55,825 nt of DNA from Polaromonas sp. (GCA_031386655.1 JANNCO010000044.1:1-55825); one strand, 5' to 3'; counted from the first letter of the stretch, positions 1 to 9,995 are shown. Numbers and translations are program-made. The notes: a model not told the origin generated them from the letters alone.

Positions 1-133
1 CAGCGGCATAAAGGGGGAGCCCGCAGGGCGGAGGACAGCCGCGGAGTTGTTCACGCCAAGTGCCAAGGCGAGCACAGAACAGGCGTTGAAGCCACGCTAA
101 GCGTATTCTGAGGCCTGTTTTCAGAGTGTTTTA

Positions 134-184
134 GGCCACTAACCCAGGTAAATCCTGCTCAAGCAGCTATGCAATTGATAGTAT
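134..184 (-). repeat. Dispersed multi-hairpin repeat, copy A (reverse orientation)
   Basis: Contains CCTGCTCAAGCAGCTAT (154-170), the reverse complement of the family core. The flanking GGCCACTAACCCAGGTAAAT tail matches copy E, and the inner GCAATTGATAGTA module matches fragment I. Confidence 0.8.
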
Positions 185-509
185 TGACCATTCCAAACAA
201 CCCAACCTAAGCAAGGGCTGCTCAATCCAAGCAAAGAACAATGTGACGAGTCGGGTCCGTCTCGATGAAAAATACGCAGCAAGGCGCGCGTTGTTGAAGG
301 TAGCGCACCAGAGACATTAGTTCGCGCGTGTTTGCGGAATATTTTTCGCGAAAGAGATGCCCAGCTCGAGTCCAACTCTCCGGCGCGCACCCTATGCCAA
401 ACAAACCAGCTCCCCAGCGCGCACGCTAAGCCAAGCGACCAACTCACCTGCGCACAACATATGGCAAGCTTCAACCCGAACAGAAAGAGCCCATTTGCAG
501 GACTAGCTC

Positions 510-558
510 TACTACTAATTCAATAGCTGCTTGAGCAGGTTCTACGGTCTAAACAGGC
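510..558 (+). repeat. Dispersed multi-hairpin repeat, copy B
   Basis: TACTACTAATTCAATAGCTGCTTGAGCAGGTTCTACGG..., core at 523-539. It ends 10 nt from the stop codon of the Lrp-like gene and is inverted relative to copy A. Confidence 0.8.
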
Positions 559-568
559 TATTACACAT

Positions 569-1063
569 CTATTGCAGCGCTATTTTCGGCTCAAACTTGC
601 TGCGCAGTACGCTAAAGAAAGTTTTGACATTACGCACTTGCGCATCAGCGGTGAGCACCCGCTGCACCAGCGCCAAATACTCGGCCATATCGCGCACCTG
701 CACGATCAGCACAAAGTCTGGCCCCGGGCTCACGCGGTAGCACTGCTGCACCGCACGCTCGGGCGTGATGCGCGCCTCAAACGCAAACAGCAGCTCGGCG
801 TTTTGCTGCGTAAGGGTCACCTCGACAATTGCCGTCAGCCCGTGCCCGACCAGAGCTTTGAGTTTGTCGGGGTTCAGCACCGCAACTTGCCGCTCGATCA
901 GCCCCAAGTCTTTGAGCCGCTTGACACGGCGCAGGCAAGTGGGCGGCGACACATGTACACGGGCAGCCAGGTCTTGGTTGCTGATGCTGGCGTCAGTTTG
1001 TAGCTGGTCCAGCAGATGCAAATCAATCGTGTCCAGTTCTAATTTATCAACTAATAGTTCCAT
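569..1063 (-). CDS. Lrp/AsnC-family transcriptional regulator
   Basis: 164-aa ORF with an AsnC-type HTH (ISNQDLAARVHVSPPTCLRRVKRL) and a C-terminal effector domain. Divergent from glmS across an AT-rich 135-bp spacer. Confidence 0.9.
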   Translation of the reverse strand: MELLVDKLELDTIDLHLLDQLQTDASISNQDLAARVHVSPPTCLRRVKRLKDLGLIERQVAVLNPDKLKALVGHGLTAIVEVTLTQQNAELLFAFEARITPERAVQQCYRVSPGPDFVLIVQVRDMAEYLALVQRVLTADAQVRNVKTFFSVLRSKFEPKIALQ

Positions 1064-1198
1064 AAAATTACTTTACATGAAATATTTAGTTATTTTTGAA
1101 TAATTATGAAATTAAATACCAAATATAGATAAATATTAATCGGATATTGTCTGATAGTAGGCCTACCATCGCATTCAGTTCAATCCAAGGAGTGCATT

Positions 1199-3127
1199 AT
1201 GTGTGGCATCGTCGGCGCAGTATCGAATCGCAATATCGTCCCCGTGCTGGTGCAAGGGCTGCAGCGCCTGGAATACCGGGGTTATGACTCTTGCGGTATC
1301 GCTGTGCACGCGCCGCCGCAGGGCGCTTCGCCAAGCTTGGGGGGTTTAAAACGCGCCCGCACCACCAGCCGCGTGGCCGAGCTGGCTACGCAAATAGAAG
1401 CCGACAAAACCGCCGGCACCCCGTTTGAAGGCCACACCGGTATCGCCCACACCCGCTGGGCCACCCACGGTGCGCCGGCCGTGCACAACGCGCACCCGCA
1501 CTTTAGCCACGGCCCCGGCGATGCACTGAACGCTGTAGCGCGTGTAGCCCTGGTGCACAACGGCATTATCGAAAACCACGAACAGCTACGCCGCGACCTG
1601 CAGGCCAAAGGCTACGTGTTTGTCAGCCAAACCGACACCGAGGTGATCGCGCACTTGGTCGACAGCCTGTACGACGGCGATATTTTTGACGCCGTGCAAG
1701 CCGCCATCCCGCACCTGCACGGTGCCTACGCGCTAGGCGTGTTCCATAAAGACGAGCCGCACCGTGTGGTGGGCGCACGCGCAGGGTCACCGCTGATCTT
1801 GGGCGTGGGAACTCACGCCACCGGCAGCGCAGACGCCAGCGAAAACTTTCTGGCCAGCGACGCCATGGCGCTGGCCGGCGTGACAGACCAAATCGTCTAC
1901 CTGGAAGAAGGCGATGTGGTGGACCTGCAGCTAGGCAAATACTGGATTGTTGGCAAAGACGGCCAACCTGCGCAGCGCGAGGTAAAAACCGTGCAAGCCC
2001 ACAGTGGCGCTGCCGAGCTGGGGCCGTACCGCCACTACATGCAAAAAGAAATTTTTGAACAGCCCCGCGCGATTGGCGACACACTGGAAGGCTTAGTGGG
2101 CATCACGCCCGAGCTATTTGACCAGCCAAACACCAAGCCGGGCGAAGGCGCGTTCCATACTTTCAAAAAAATCGACAATGTATTGATATTGGCCTGCGGC
2201 ACCAGCTACTACAGCGGCAGCGTAGCCAAGTATTGGCTAGAGTCGATTGCCAAAATTCCCTGTAACGTAGAGATCGCCAGCGAATACCGCTACCGCGACA
2301 GTGTGCCCAACCCCCACACGCTGGTCGTCACCATCACCCAGTCGGGCGAGACGGCTGACACGCTGGCTGCGCTGAAGCACGCGCGCAGCCTGGGCATGCT
2401 GCACACGCTCACCGTGTGCAACGTAGCCACCAGCGCCATGGTGCGCGAGTGCAAGCACGCCTACATCACCCGCGCAGGGGTAGAGATTGGTGTCGCGTCT
2501 ACCAAAGCGTTCACCACGCAACTGGCAGGCTTGTTTTTGCTCACGCTGGCATTAGCCCAAACCAAGGGCCGCCTGACCGACGCACAAGAGGCCACCTACC
2601 TGGCCGAGATGCGCCACCTGCCCGTGGCGCTGCAAAGCGTGCTGGCGCTGGAGCCGCAAATCATCGCGTGGGCAGAGCAGTTTGCCAAATATGAAAACGC
2701 CCTGTTCTTAGGCCGTGGCCTGCACTACCCCATCGCGCTGGAAGGCGCGCTCAAGCTCAAAGAAATTACCTATATCCACGCCGAGGCCTACGCCGCTGGC
2801 GAGCTAAAACACGGCCCACTGGCACTGGTGACCAGCGAGATGCCGGTGGTGACCGTAGCGCCCAACGACGCGCTGCTAGAAAAGCTTAAAAGCAATATGC
2901 AGGAAGTACGCGCACGCGGCGGCGTGCTGTATGTGCTGGCTGACGGCGACACCAAAATAGAAAACGCCGAAGGCCTGCACGTTATCCGCATGCCCGAGCA
3001 TTACGGCGCGCTGTCCCCCATCTTGCATGTAGTGCCACTGCAATTGCTGGCTTATCACACCGCGTGTGCGCGGGGGACAGACGTAGACAAGCCACGCAAT
3101 TTGGCTAAAAGTGTGACGGTGGAATAA
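1199..3127 (+). CDS. glmS: Glutamine--fructose-6-phosphate aminotransferase (isomerizing)
   Basis: 642 aa. N-terminal MCGIVG (Ntn-amidotransferase Cys), two SIS domains, C-terminal ...[12 protein letters not shown]. Confidence 0.97.
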   Translation: MCGIVGAVSNRNIVPVLVQGLQRLEYRGYDSCGIAVHAPPQGASPSLGGLKRARTTSRVAELATQIEADKTAGTPFEGHTGIAHTRWATHGAPAVHNAHPHFSHGPGDALNAVARVALVHNGIIENHEQLRRDLQAKGYVFVSQTDTEVIAHLVDSLYDGDIFDAVQAAIPHLHGAYALGVFHKDEPHRVVGARAGSPLILGVGTHATGSADASENFLASDAMALAGVTDQIVYLEEGDVVDLQLGKYWIVGKDGQPAQREVKTVQAHSGAAELGPYRHYMQKEIFEQPRAIGDTLEGLVGITPELFDQPNTKPGEGAFHTFKKIDNVLILACGTSYYSGSVAKYWLESIAKIPCNVEIASEYRYRDSVPNPHTLVVTITQSGETADTLAALKHARSLGMLHTLTVCNVATSAMVRECKHAYITRAGVEIGVASTKAFTTQLAGLFLLTLALAQTKGRLTDAQEATYLAEMRHLPVALQSVLALEPQIIAWAEQFAKYENALFLGRGLHYPIALEGALKLKEITYIHAEAYAAGELKHGPLALVTSEMPVVTVAPNDALLEKLKSNMQEVRARGGVLYVLADGDTKIENAEGLHVIRMPEHYGALSPILHVVPLQLLAYHTACARGTDVDKPRNLAKSVTVE

Positions 3128-3133
3128 ATACCC

Positions 3134-3164
3134 AATACACAGCTAATACACAGCCAATACACGT
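3134..3164 (+). repeat. Tandem 11-bp repeat, about 2.8 units (AATACACAGCY)
   Basis: AATACACAGCT AATACACAGCC AATACACGT, starting 7 nt after the glmS stop codon. Confidence 0.6.
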
Positions 3165-3300
3165 CAGATTTGAGCATTTAACGCTCATATATTTGCTTAC
3201 ACATTGATGCGAGGCGGCGCTTAATAGGTAATTGAAGTTGAATTTATATTTTGTAACACAAAGATACTTCTAGTCGAACCCCATAAAAACTAAAGGTTAT

Positions 3301-3326
3301 ATATTTATACTGCTTAGTATAAATAT
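3301..3326. promoter_or_regulatory. Perfect 11-bp inverted repeat ATATTTATACT-GCTT-AGTATAAATAT (candidate operator or promoter element)
   Basis: Both arms are exact reverse complements. Lies 48 nt upstream of the tctC-like ATG in a very AT-rich 240-bp spacer. Confidence 0.4.
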
Positions 3327-3373
3327 TATATTTTTAACATTATTTTGTTTTTTCAGTAACTAGGAACTTGCTT

Positions 3374-4378
3374 ATGTCTTTAAAAAAAATTTTTAGCTTC
3401 TCTGCTAAGGCTGTACTGGCAACTACGTTAGTCGCAGCTTGGTCCGCGCAGGCTGCCGTTTGGCAACCCACTAAAAACGTAGAGTTTGTAGTTCCCGCCG
3501 GTACCGGCGGTGGCGCTGACCAAATGGCACGTTTGATACAAGGCATCATTACTAAAAACAATTTAATGAAGACCTCGATGATCGTGGTGAACAAAAGCGG
3601 TGGCGCAGGCGCTGAGGGATTTTTGGAGCTTAAAAACGCTAAAGCCGACCCGCACAAGATCATCATCACATTGTCCAACATGTTCACGACTCCATTAGCA
3701 ACAGGTGTGCCGTTTAGTTGGAAAGACATGACACCAGTGGCTATGCTGGCGCTCGACGAATTTGTGTTGTGGGTAAATGCAGATTCCCCCTATAAAACCA
3801 CGCAAGACTACATTGCCGCAGTCAAGGCATCTAATGGCAAACTAAAAATGGGCGGCACAGGGTCCAAGCAAGAAGATCAAATCATCACTGCGCTGATCGA
3901 GAAATCTGCAGCCGCTAAATTTATTTATGTGCCCTACAAAGGCGGTGGCGAGGTCGCTGTGCAACTGGTAGGCAGGCATATTGACTCTACTGTTAACAAC
4001 CCAATTGAAGCCGTGGCGCAATGGAGGGGTGACAAGCTGCGCCCGCTGTGCGTGCTAGATGGCAAACGACTGGCTTACAAAGACAAAATCGCTGACAAAT
4101 CGTGGGCAGATATTCCGACCTGCAAGGAAAACGGTCTGGATGTAGAGTACCTCATGCTGCGCGGCATTTTCATGGCCCCTGGCGTAACGCCAGAACAGAC
4201 GGCTTATTACGTTGATCTCATGAAAAAAGTACGCGCGACGCCCGAGTGGAAAAAATTCATGGACGAGGGAGCGTTCAACCAGACTTTTATGGAAGGCGCA
4301 GAATTTACACGCTGGGTTGCAAACGAAGACATACGCCATCGCATCTTGATGCAGGAAGCTGGATTCATCACTAAATAA
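3374..4378 (+). CDS. Bug/TctC-family tripartite tricarboxylate transporter substrate-binding protein
   Basis: Signal peptide MSLKKIFSFSAKAVLATTLVAAWSAQA and Bug-family size and motifs (PAGTGGGADQMARL). ATG at 3374 is preferred (AGGA 8 nt upstream) over the ORF-track TTG at 3368. Confidence 0.85.
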   Translation: MSLKKIFSFSAKAVLATTLVAAWSAQAAVWQPTKNVEFVVPAGTGGGADQMARLIQGIITKNNLMKTSMIVVNKSGGAGAEGFLELKNAKADPHKIIITLSNMFTTPLATGVPFSWKDMTPVAMLALDEFVLWVNADSPYKTTQDYIAAVKASNGKLKMGGTGSKQEDQIITALIEKSAAAKFIYVPYKGGGEVAVQLVGRHIDSTVNNPIEAVAQWRGDKLRPLCVLDGKRLAYKDKIADKSWADIPTCKENGLDVEYLMLRGIFMAPGVTPEQTAYYVDLMKKVRATPEWKKFMDEGAFNQTFMEGAEFTRWVANEDIRHRILMQEAGFITK

Positions 4379-4392
4379 ATTGCCTACATTAG

Positions 4393-4890
4393 ATGCAACA
4401 AGAACCATCAGAGACCAGTGCAGCTACACGCCGCACGCTTGAAATATGTGCGGCTATCTTCTTTTTAATCGTTGGTAGCATAGTCATGTGGGACAGCGCG
4501 CGCGCAGGCGCGGGCTGGGGTGTTGATGGACCGCAGAGCGGCTATTTTCCTTTTTATGTAGGCCTTTTGATGAATCTGGCTAGCGCTGTTAACTTATGGC
4601 TAGCGTATAAATCTAGCAAGACTGACTCCTTTGTATCGCGTCCTCAGATAAAGCTTGTATTGGCTATATTTCTGCCGTGTTTGGTGTACGTGGCCGCGAT
4701 GCAATGGCTGGGCTTGTATGTGGCGTCGATCATCTTCATTGCTATTTTTATGCGGTGGCAGGGTAAATTCAGCTTATTTAAATCCGCATTGACTTCCGTC
4801 ACTGTAGTGATAGTGCTGTTTGTCATGTTTGAAATTTGGTTCAAGGTGCCCTTGATTAAAGGCCCAATAGAAGCTGCGATGGGCTACTGA
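4393..4890 (+). CDS. TctB-family small membrane subunit of TTT transporter
   Basis: 165-aa protein with 4 predicted TM segments, located between the TctC-like and TctA-like genes. Confidence 0.8.
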   Translation: MQQEPSETSAATRRTLEICAAIFFLIVGSIVMWDSARAGAGWGVDGPQSGYFPFYVGLLMNLASAVNLWLAYKSSKTDSFVSRPQIKLVLAIFLPCLVYVAAMQWLGLYVASIIFIAIFMRWQGKFSLFKSALTSVTVVIVLFVMFEIWFKVPLIKGPIEAAMGY

Positions 4891-4891
4891 C

Positions 4892-6391
4892 ATGGAAGAA
4901 ATACAAGCACTATTTCAGGGTTTTGCAGTGGCCCTGTCACCCGTCAACATCGGGCTCATGTTTTTAGGCATCGTGTTGGGCATTTTAATTGGTGTGTTAC
5001 CTGGTTTAGGTGGCGCTAACGGTGTGGCAATTTTGTTGCCGCTCACGTTTAGCATGAGCCCAGTCTCCGGCATTATTTTATTGTCGTGTATTTACTGGGG
5101 GGCCTTGTTTGGAGGCGCTATCACATCTATTTTGTTCAACATTCCAGGGGAGCCGTGGTCAGTGGCCACTACCTTTGATGGTTACCCCATGGCACAACAA
5201 GGCCAAGCTGGACAAGCTCTCACAGCAGCATTCACATCGTCGTTTGTGGGCGCGTTTGTTGCTGTGTTGATGATTACTTTTTTAGCGCCTTTAGTGGCTA
5301 AATTTGCACTTAAGTTCGGTCCGCCAGAATTTTTTGCCGTCCAATTACTGACGTTTTGCAGTTTTGTAGGCATGAGCAAGGGTGCGCCTTGGAAAACGTT
5401 GGCCGCCATGTTTCTTGGCTTCACGCTAGCTGCTATTGGCATGGACAATGTAACTGGCCAGTTAAGGCTAACGTTCGGTTTTGAGCCAATGATGAAAGGT
5501 TTTGACTTTTTGATTGCAGTGATTGGACTGTTTGGTATTGGCGAGATTTTGCTAACCATGGAAGAGGGCTTGGCTTTTAGAGGCAAAGACGGCAAGATCA
5601 ACAGCAAAGTGGTGCTGGAGACATGGAAGAAGCTTCCGCGTTATTGGCTGACCTACGTTCGAAGCGCTGCGGTGGGCTGCTGGATGGGCATCACGCCTGG
5701 CGGTGCAACGCCTGCTTCGTTCATGGGTTACGGCATAGCCAAGCGGTTTTCAAAGAATCCCGATAATTTTGGTAAAGGTGAGATTGAAGGGGTGTTGGCG
5801 CCTGAAACGGCTGCCCATGCTGCAGGCACCGCCGCGTTGTTGCCCATGTTGACCTTGGGCATCCCTGGCTCGCCTACAGCGGCAGTGCTGCTGGGCGGCT
5901 TGCTAGTGTGGGGGCTGCAACCCGGTCCATTGTTGTTTGTAGAGCAAAAAGATTTTGTTTGGGGCTTGATAGCCAGCATGTACCTAGGTAATGTTGTTGG
6001 GCTGATTGTGGTGCTGTTGACAGTGCCTTGGTTTGCAGCCATTTTGCGTATTCCGTTTTCTATCATTGCGCCGGTGATCTTGGTGATTTGTGCGGTGGGA
6101 GCGTACACCGTTCACAGCTCAATGTTTGACGTTTGGCTGATGGTTGGTTTTGGAGTTATGGGCTATGTGTTTAAAAAGCTTGACTACCCACTGGCACCGC
6201 TGGTGTTGGCACTAGTGCTGGGCGACATGGCTGAAAATGCTTTCAGGCAATCTTTGCTGGGCTCTAGCGGCAGCATGATGGTGTTTGTTTCCAATCCCCT
6301 GGTAGCAAGTATCACAGCGCTGGCTCTGCTTATGCTTTTCTGGCCACTAATTGGGACTGTTGTGCAACGCCTCAAGTCAATGCAAAAATGA
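4892..6391 (+). CDS. TctA-family large permease subunit of TTT transporter
   Basis: 499-aa polytopic protein with the GVLPGLGGANG motif. Starts 1 nt after the tctB-like stop. Confidence 0.9.
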   Translation: MEEIQALFQGFAVALSPVNIGLMFLGIVLGILIGVLPGLGGANGVAILLPLTFSMSPVSGIILLSCIYWGALFGGAITSILFNIPGEPWSVATTFDGYPMAQQGQAGQALTAAFTSSFVGAFVAVLMITFLAPLVAKFALKFGPPEFFAVQLLTFCSFVGMSKGAPWKTLAAMFLGFTLAAIGMDNVTGQLRLTFGFEPMMKGFDFLIAVIGLFGIGEILLTMEEGLAFRGKDGKINSKVVLETWKKLPRYWLTYVRSAAVGCWMGITPGGATPASFMGYGIAKRFSKNPDNFGKGEIEGVLAPETAAHAAGTAALLPMLTLGIPGSPTAAVLLGGLLVWGLQPGPLLFVEQKDFVWGLIASMYLGNVVGLIVVLLTVPWFAAILRIPFSIIAPVILVICAVGAYTVHSSMFDVWLMVGFGVMGYVFKKLDYPLAPLVLALVLGDMAENAFRQSLLGSSGSMMVFVSNPLVASITALALLMLFWPLIGTVVQRLKSMQK

Positions 6392-7185
6392 CTTCGAACC
6401 TTTGGATGCGCTATGAAGCGAATGGTCAAGCCGGATTTGGTTTGCTAGAAGGCCAAACTGTCGCCGTATGCCAAGGTGATATGTTTGGCCAGTTTGACCG
6501 CACTGGACAAACGTTGCCACTGTCAGATGTCGCAACACAACTTCCCTGCTTGCCCAGCAAATTTATTGGTTTGTGGAACAACTACCACGCACAAGCGACC
6601 AAGCAAAATTTGAGTTTGCCTGCAGAGCCCCTGTATTTCATCAAGGCATCCAGCAGTTACTGTGCCCATCAGCAACCGTTTGATATACCGGCCAGTTACG
6701 ATGGCCGAGTGGTGTATGAAGGTGAGTTGGGTCTGGTCATTGGCAAGGTCTGTAAAAATGTTGATGCAGACGCAGCTAATGGACATATCTTTGGTGTCAC
6801 ATGCGTTAACGATGTGACAGCGCTGGACCTGCTAACCCGTGATGCATCATTTGCGCAGTGGACCCGCGCTAAAAGCTTCGACACATTCGGTATTTTTGGC
6901 CCAGTGATCGCTACAGGACTTGATTTAAACTCGCTTCATGTGCGCACACTGGTTAACGGGCGTGAACGACAAAACTATCCCTGTGCTGACATGATTTTTT
7001 CGCCAGCGCAGATTGTGTCCGCTTTATCACGCGAAATGACGCTCTACCCGGGTGACATCATTGCCTGCGGCACCTCTGTAGGTGTGCTGCCCATTAAACC
7101 GGGTTCAGTGGTTGAAGTATCCATAGATGGTATTGGTGTATTACGAAATACTTTCGCTGAAAATGTAATCAAAACAGAAGTTTGA
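6388..7185 (+). CDS. Fumarylacetoacetate hydrolase (FAH) family protein
   Basis: 265 aa with the FAH signature YEGELGLVIGK...DVTA. ATGA start/stop overlap with the tctA-like gene. Confidence 0.85.
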   Translation: MTSNLWMRYEANGQAGFGLLEGQTVAVCQGDMFGQFDRTGQTLPLSDVATQLPCLPSKFIGLWNNYHAQATKQNLSLPAEPLYFIKASSSYCAHQQPFDIPASYDGRVVYEGELGLVIGKVCKNVDADAANGHIFGVTCVNDVTALDLLTRDASFAQWTRAKSFDTFGIFGPVIATGLDLNSLHVRTLVNGRERQNYPCADMIFSPAQIVSALSREMTLYPGDIIACGTSVGVLPIKPGSVVEVSIDGIGVLRNTFAENVIKTEV

Positions 7186-7186
7186 A

Positions 7187-8188
7187 ATGAAAATTTGTAT
7201 AGTTGGCGCTGGTGCCATAGGCGGCATGTTAGGGGCAAAGCTAGCTCTAAGCGGCCATGAAGTCACTTTGATTCTGCGGGGCGCTAATCTGCAAGCTGTG
7301 CAACAAAACGGCCTGAGATTAATTGAAGAAAATGGTAACGAACTATTAGCCAAGCCTACGAAAGCTACGTCTAATATTGCTCAGGTCGGGTTGCAAGATG
7401 TCGTAATTCTCAGCTTAAAAGCGCATCAAGTAGCTGCCATTGCCCTTGATTTGCCTGTACTTATGCATGCTGATACCCGCATAGTCACTATGCAAAATGG
7501 CATTCCCTGGTGGTATTTCTACAAGCTGCCAGGTGACTACACTGACATGCCTGTTCGCGCTGTTGACCCTGATGGCGAAATAGCAAAACATATTCCTATC
7601 AATAGCGTAATTGGTAGTGTGGTCTATCCCGCCAGCGAAGTGATTGCGCCGGGCATCATCAAAGTAATCGAAGGCAATCGCTTCACGCTAGGAGAAATTG
7701 ATGGCACCGATACACCCAGTATTCGCGCAATCAGTGATGCCTTAAAAGCTGCTGGGTTCAAGGCCCCTGTATCTAACGATATTCGCTCGGAAATCTGGCT
7801 TAAGTTGTGGGGTAATTTGAGTTTCAATCCCATTAGCGCGCTGACACACTCTACCCTTGAAGATATTTGTTTGTATCCGCCTACACGAGAACTGGCGCAA
7901 AATATGATGCTTGAAGCGCAAACAATTGGCGAAAAGCTTAACGTGCGATTTAAGGTGAGTCTTGAAAAACGCATTGCGGGTGCGCAAGCCGTGGGGCAAC
8001 ACAAGACGTCCATGCTGCAAGATGTAGAGCAAGGGCGCGCACTTGAGTTGCAGGCATTGATAGCTTCTGTTGTAGAGCTGGGACAAATTACCCGAACACC
8101 CACTCCTACAATTAATGCAGTTTACGCGTTAGCCAGTTTACTGGCCAATAATTTGCAGCAGCATGCTGCAAAGCTCAAAATCTCTTGA
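7187..8188 (+). CDS. 2-dehydropantoate 2-reductase (PanE/ApbA) family oxidoreductase
   Basis: N-terminal Rossmann motif MKICIVGAGAIGG and the length (333 aa) and C-terminal domain typical of the ketopantoate reductase family. Confidence 0.8.
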   Translation: MKICIVGAGAIGGMLGAKLALSGHEVTLILRGANLQAVQQNGLRLIEENGNELLAKPTKATSNIAQVGLQDVVILSLKAHQVAAIALDLPVLMHADTRIVTMQNGIPWWYFYKLPGDYTDMPVRAVDPDGEIAKHIPINSVIGSVVYPASEVIAPGIIKVIEGNRFTLGEIDGTDTPSIRAISDALKAAGFKAPVSNDIRSEIWLKLWGNLSFNPISALTHSTLEDICLYPPTRELAQNMMLEAQTIGEKLNVRFKVSLEKRIAGAQAVGQHKTSMLQDVEQGRALELQALIASVVELGQITRTPTPTINAVYALASLLANNLQQHAAKLKIS

Positions 8189-8213
8189 ATTTTAATTTTT
8201 ACACCGACCCGTT

Positions 8214-9737
8214 ATGACTATTTTCACTACGCTACACAACATGGTGGCGCTGCAGACACCCACATCCACCGCCATGATGGCCCCTGCGTCACTGCCATTA
8301 ACTTACGGCGCGCTGACCCAGCTCATTGCCAACACCACCAGCGCATTGAACGCCATGGGTATTGGCCGGGGTGATCGAGTCGGTATAGTGCTGCCCAACT
8401 GCCCTGAAATGGCCACCGCCTTTGTAGCGGTTGCCAGCGCTTGTACTGCAGCGCCACTTAATATGGCCTACCGCGCTGATGAATTTGAGTTTTATTTAAG
8501 CGACTTAAAAGCCAAAGCACTGATTGTTGCTGTGGGTAGCGACACCCCTGCTATTGCAATAGCGGCCAAACTTGGAGTGGCTGTTATTTACCTTACAGCG
8601 TTGCCAGAGCATGGGGCGGGTAATTTTGAATTGGCGTCCAGCCTGGCAGGCTTAGCCATCTCGCCAGGCCCCGCCCAAGCTGACGATGTGGCGTTGATTT
8701 TGCATACATCGGGTACGACATCACGGCCCAAAATCGTACCACTGTCGCATCGTAACGTTTGCGCTTCAGCCCGCAATATTAGCGCGACATTAAGGCTAAC
8801 CGCTGCAGACCGCGAACTGCATGTCATGCCGCTATTTCATATTCACGGTTTAATTGCAGGTGTGCTAGCACCTATGGCTGTAGGTAGCCAAATTTTTTGC
8901 ACGCCAGGCTTTAATGCGCTTAAGTTTTTTAGCTGGATGAAAGAGTGCAAGCCCACTTGGTACACAGCGGTACCCACGATGCACCAAACCATCTTGGCGC
9001 GCGCTGCCAATAATATGGATGTGATCGAAGCCAACCCGCTGCGCTTTATCCGTTCATCATCGTCTTCTATGCCGCCGCAGGTGATTGCAGAGCTTGAAAG
9101 AGTTTTTAAAGCACCCCTCATCGAGTCTTATGGCATGACCGAAGCTGCCCACCAAATGGCCAGCAGTCCACTCCCCCCAGCATTGCGTATCCCGGGCTCA
9201 GTGGGCATTGCAGCCGGCCCTGAAGTTGCCATCATGGATAACGCGGGCAACTTGCTCGCAGCAGGTGAGATTGGCGAAATCGTGATTCGTGGTGAAAACG
9301 TCACGCTAGGTTATGAAAACAACGAAAAAGCCAACGCTGAAGGATTTACCAACGGCTGGTTTCGCACCGGTGATCAAGGCACCATGACAGCAGCTGGTTA
9401 TTTAACGCTCACTGGGCGACTCAAAGAAATTATCAACCGTGGTGGCGAGAAAATATCACCGCGCGAGGTGGATGAGGTGCTAATGGACCACCCCGCAGTT
9501 GCACAGGTGGTAACCTTTGGTATGCCGCATGATAAGCTGGGCGAAGAAGTTGCCGCAGCCGTGGTGCTACGCGATGGAAAAACAGCTACCGATCAAGAAA
9601 TCAGAGCGTTCGCTGCTACTAAACTGGCTGACTTTAAAGTACCCCGAAAAATTATCATCATGGACGAAATTCCCAAGGGTGCGACTGGCAAACTGCAGCG
9701 TATTGGTTTAGCGCAGAAGCTTGGATTGCTCGGGTAA
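8214..9737 (+). CDS. AMP-forming acyl-CoA synthetase (oxalate/malonate--CoA ligase-like)
   Basis: AMP-binding motif LHTSGTTSRPKIV plus GWFRTGDQG and the C-terminal GKLQR. The short 507-aa form resembles the Pcs60/AAE3 class. Confidence 0.8.
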   Translation: MTIFTTLHNMVALQTPTSTAMMAPASLPLTYGALTQLIANTTSALNAMGIGRGDRVGIVLPNCPEMATAFVAVASACTAAPLNMAYRADEFEFYLSDLKAKALIVAVGSDTPAIAIAAKLGVAVIYLTALPEHGAGNFELASSLAGLAISPGPAQADDVALILHTSGTTSRPKIVPLSHRNVCASARNISATLRLTAADRELHVMPLFHIHGLIAGVLAPMAVGSQIFCTPGFNALKFFSWMKECKPTWYTAVPTMHQTILARAANNMDVIEANPLRFIRSSSSSMPPQVIAELERVFKAPLIESYGMTEAAHQMASSPLPPALRIPGSVGIAAGPEVAIMDNAGNLLAAGEIGEIVIRGENVTLGYENNEKANAEGFTNGWFRTGDQGTMTAAGYLTLTGRLKEIINRGGEKISPREVDEVLMDHPAVAQVVTFGMPHDKLGEEVAAAVVLRDGKTATDQEIRAFAATKLADFKVPRKIIIMDEIPKGATGKLQRIGLAQKLGLLG

Positions 9738-9746
9738 ACCTACAGC

Positions 9747-9995
9747 TCACTTGTAAAACGCCTCTACTTTACCTTTAAGCTTGATCAAAAGCGGCTGGCC
9801 TTTGCGGTCCACTGTTTTACCTGCGGGTACTTTGATCCAGCCTTCGCTGATGCAATACTCCTCCACATCATGGCGTTCTTTGTCATTCAGGCGAATACCA
9901 ATGCCATGCTCGAACACGGCTGCTACGTGATGTAGGCTGCGCGGGTCAACCGATAGGTGATCGGGCAAAGTGGGGCGTGGAGTGTCTTGGGTCAT
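9747..9995 (-). CDS. DUF3297-family small protein
   Basis: 82 aa. The pattern ...PDHLSVDPRS...EEYCISEGWIKV... matches my recollection of DUF3297. Confidence 0.65.
   Translation of the reverse strand: MTQDTPRPTLPDHLSVDPRSLHHVAAVFEHGIGIRLNDKERHDVEEYCISEGWIKVPAGKTVDRKGQPLLIKLKGKVEAFYK

Noticed and set aside
1-133. Open frame running into the left edge (frame 1, ...GVEATLSVF, stop at about 109-111), and possible structured RNA in the GC-rich first 130 nt.
   Set aside because: The fragment is too short, its composition is not protein-like, and I could match no RNA family by eye. It cannot be assigned without the upstream sequence.
139-526. Track ORFs 139-474 (minus), 222-404 (minus) and 332-526 (plus) as real small proteins.
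   Set aside because: They overlap each other in different frames, partly consist of translated repeat sequence (CLSRIYLG comes from copy A), have no start context, and show no recognisable domains.
1064-1198. glmS ribozyme or riboswitch upstream of glmS.
   Set aside because: The 135-bp spacer is an unstructured AT-rich divergent promoter region. The glmS ribozyme is a Gram-positive feature, and no conserved core was recognisable.
3134-3164. Possible CRISPR array or other spaced-repeat arrays anywhere in the window.
   Set aside because: Only short contiguous tandem repeats were seen (11-bp x2.8 here and 15-bp x2.7 at 49281-49320). There are no repeat-spacer periodicities and no cas genes.
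3128-3367. A Tn7-like insertion at attTn7. The region immediately downstream of glmS is the classical Tn7 target, and it starts here with short tandem repeats and an AT-rich block carrying cargo genes.
   Set aside because: No tnsABCDE-like genes lie anywhere in the block. The boundary has no TGT...ACA termini or arrays of about 20-bp TnsB-type sites (the 11-mers AATACACAGCY do not resemble them). There is no room for a second end at 9738-9746. At most this is an old remnant, and the sequence does not support it.
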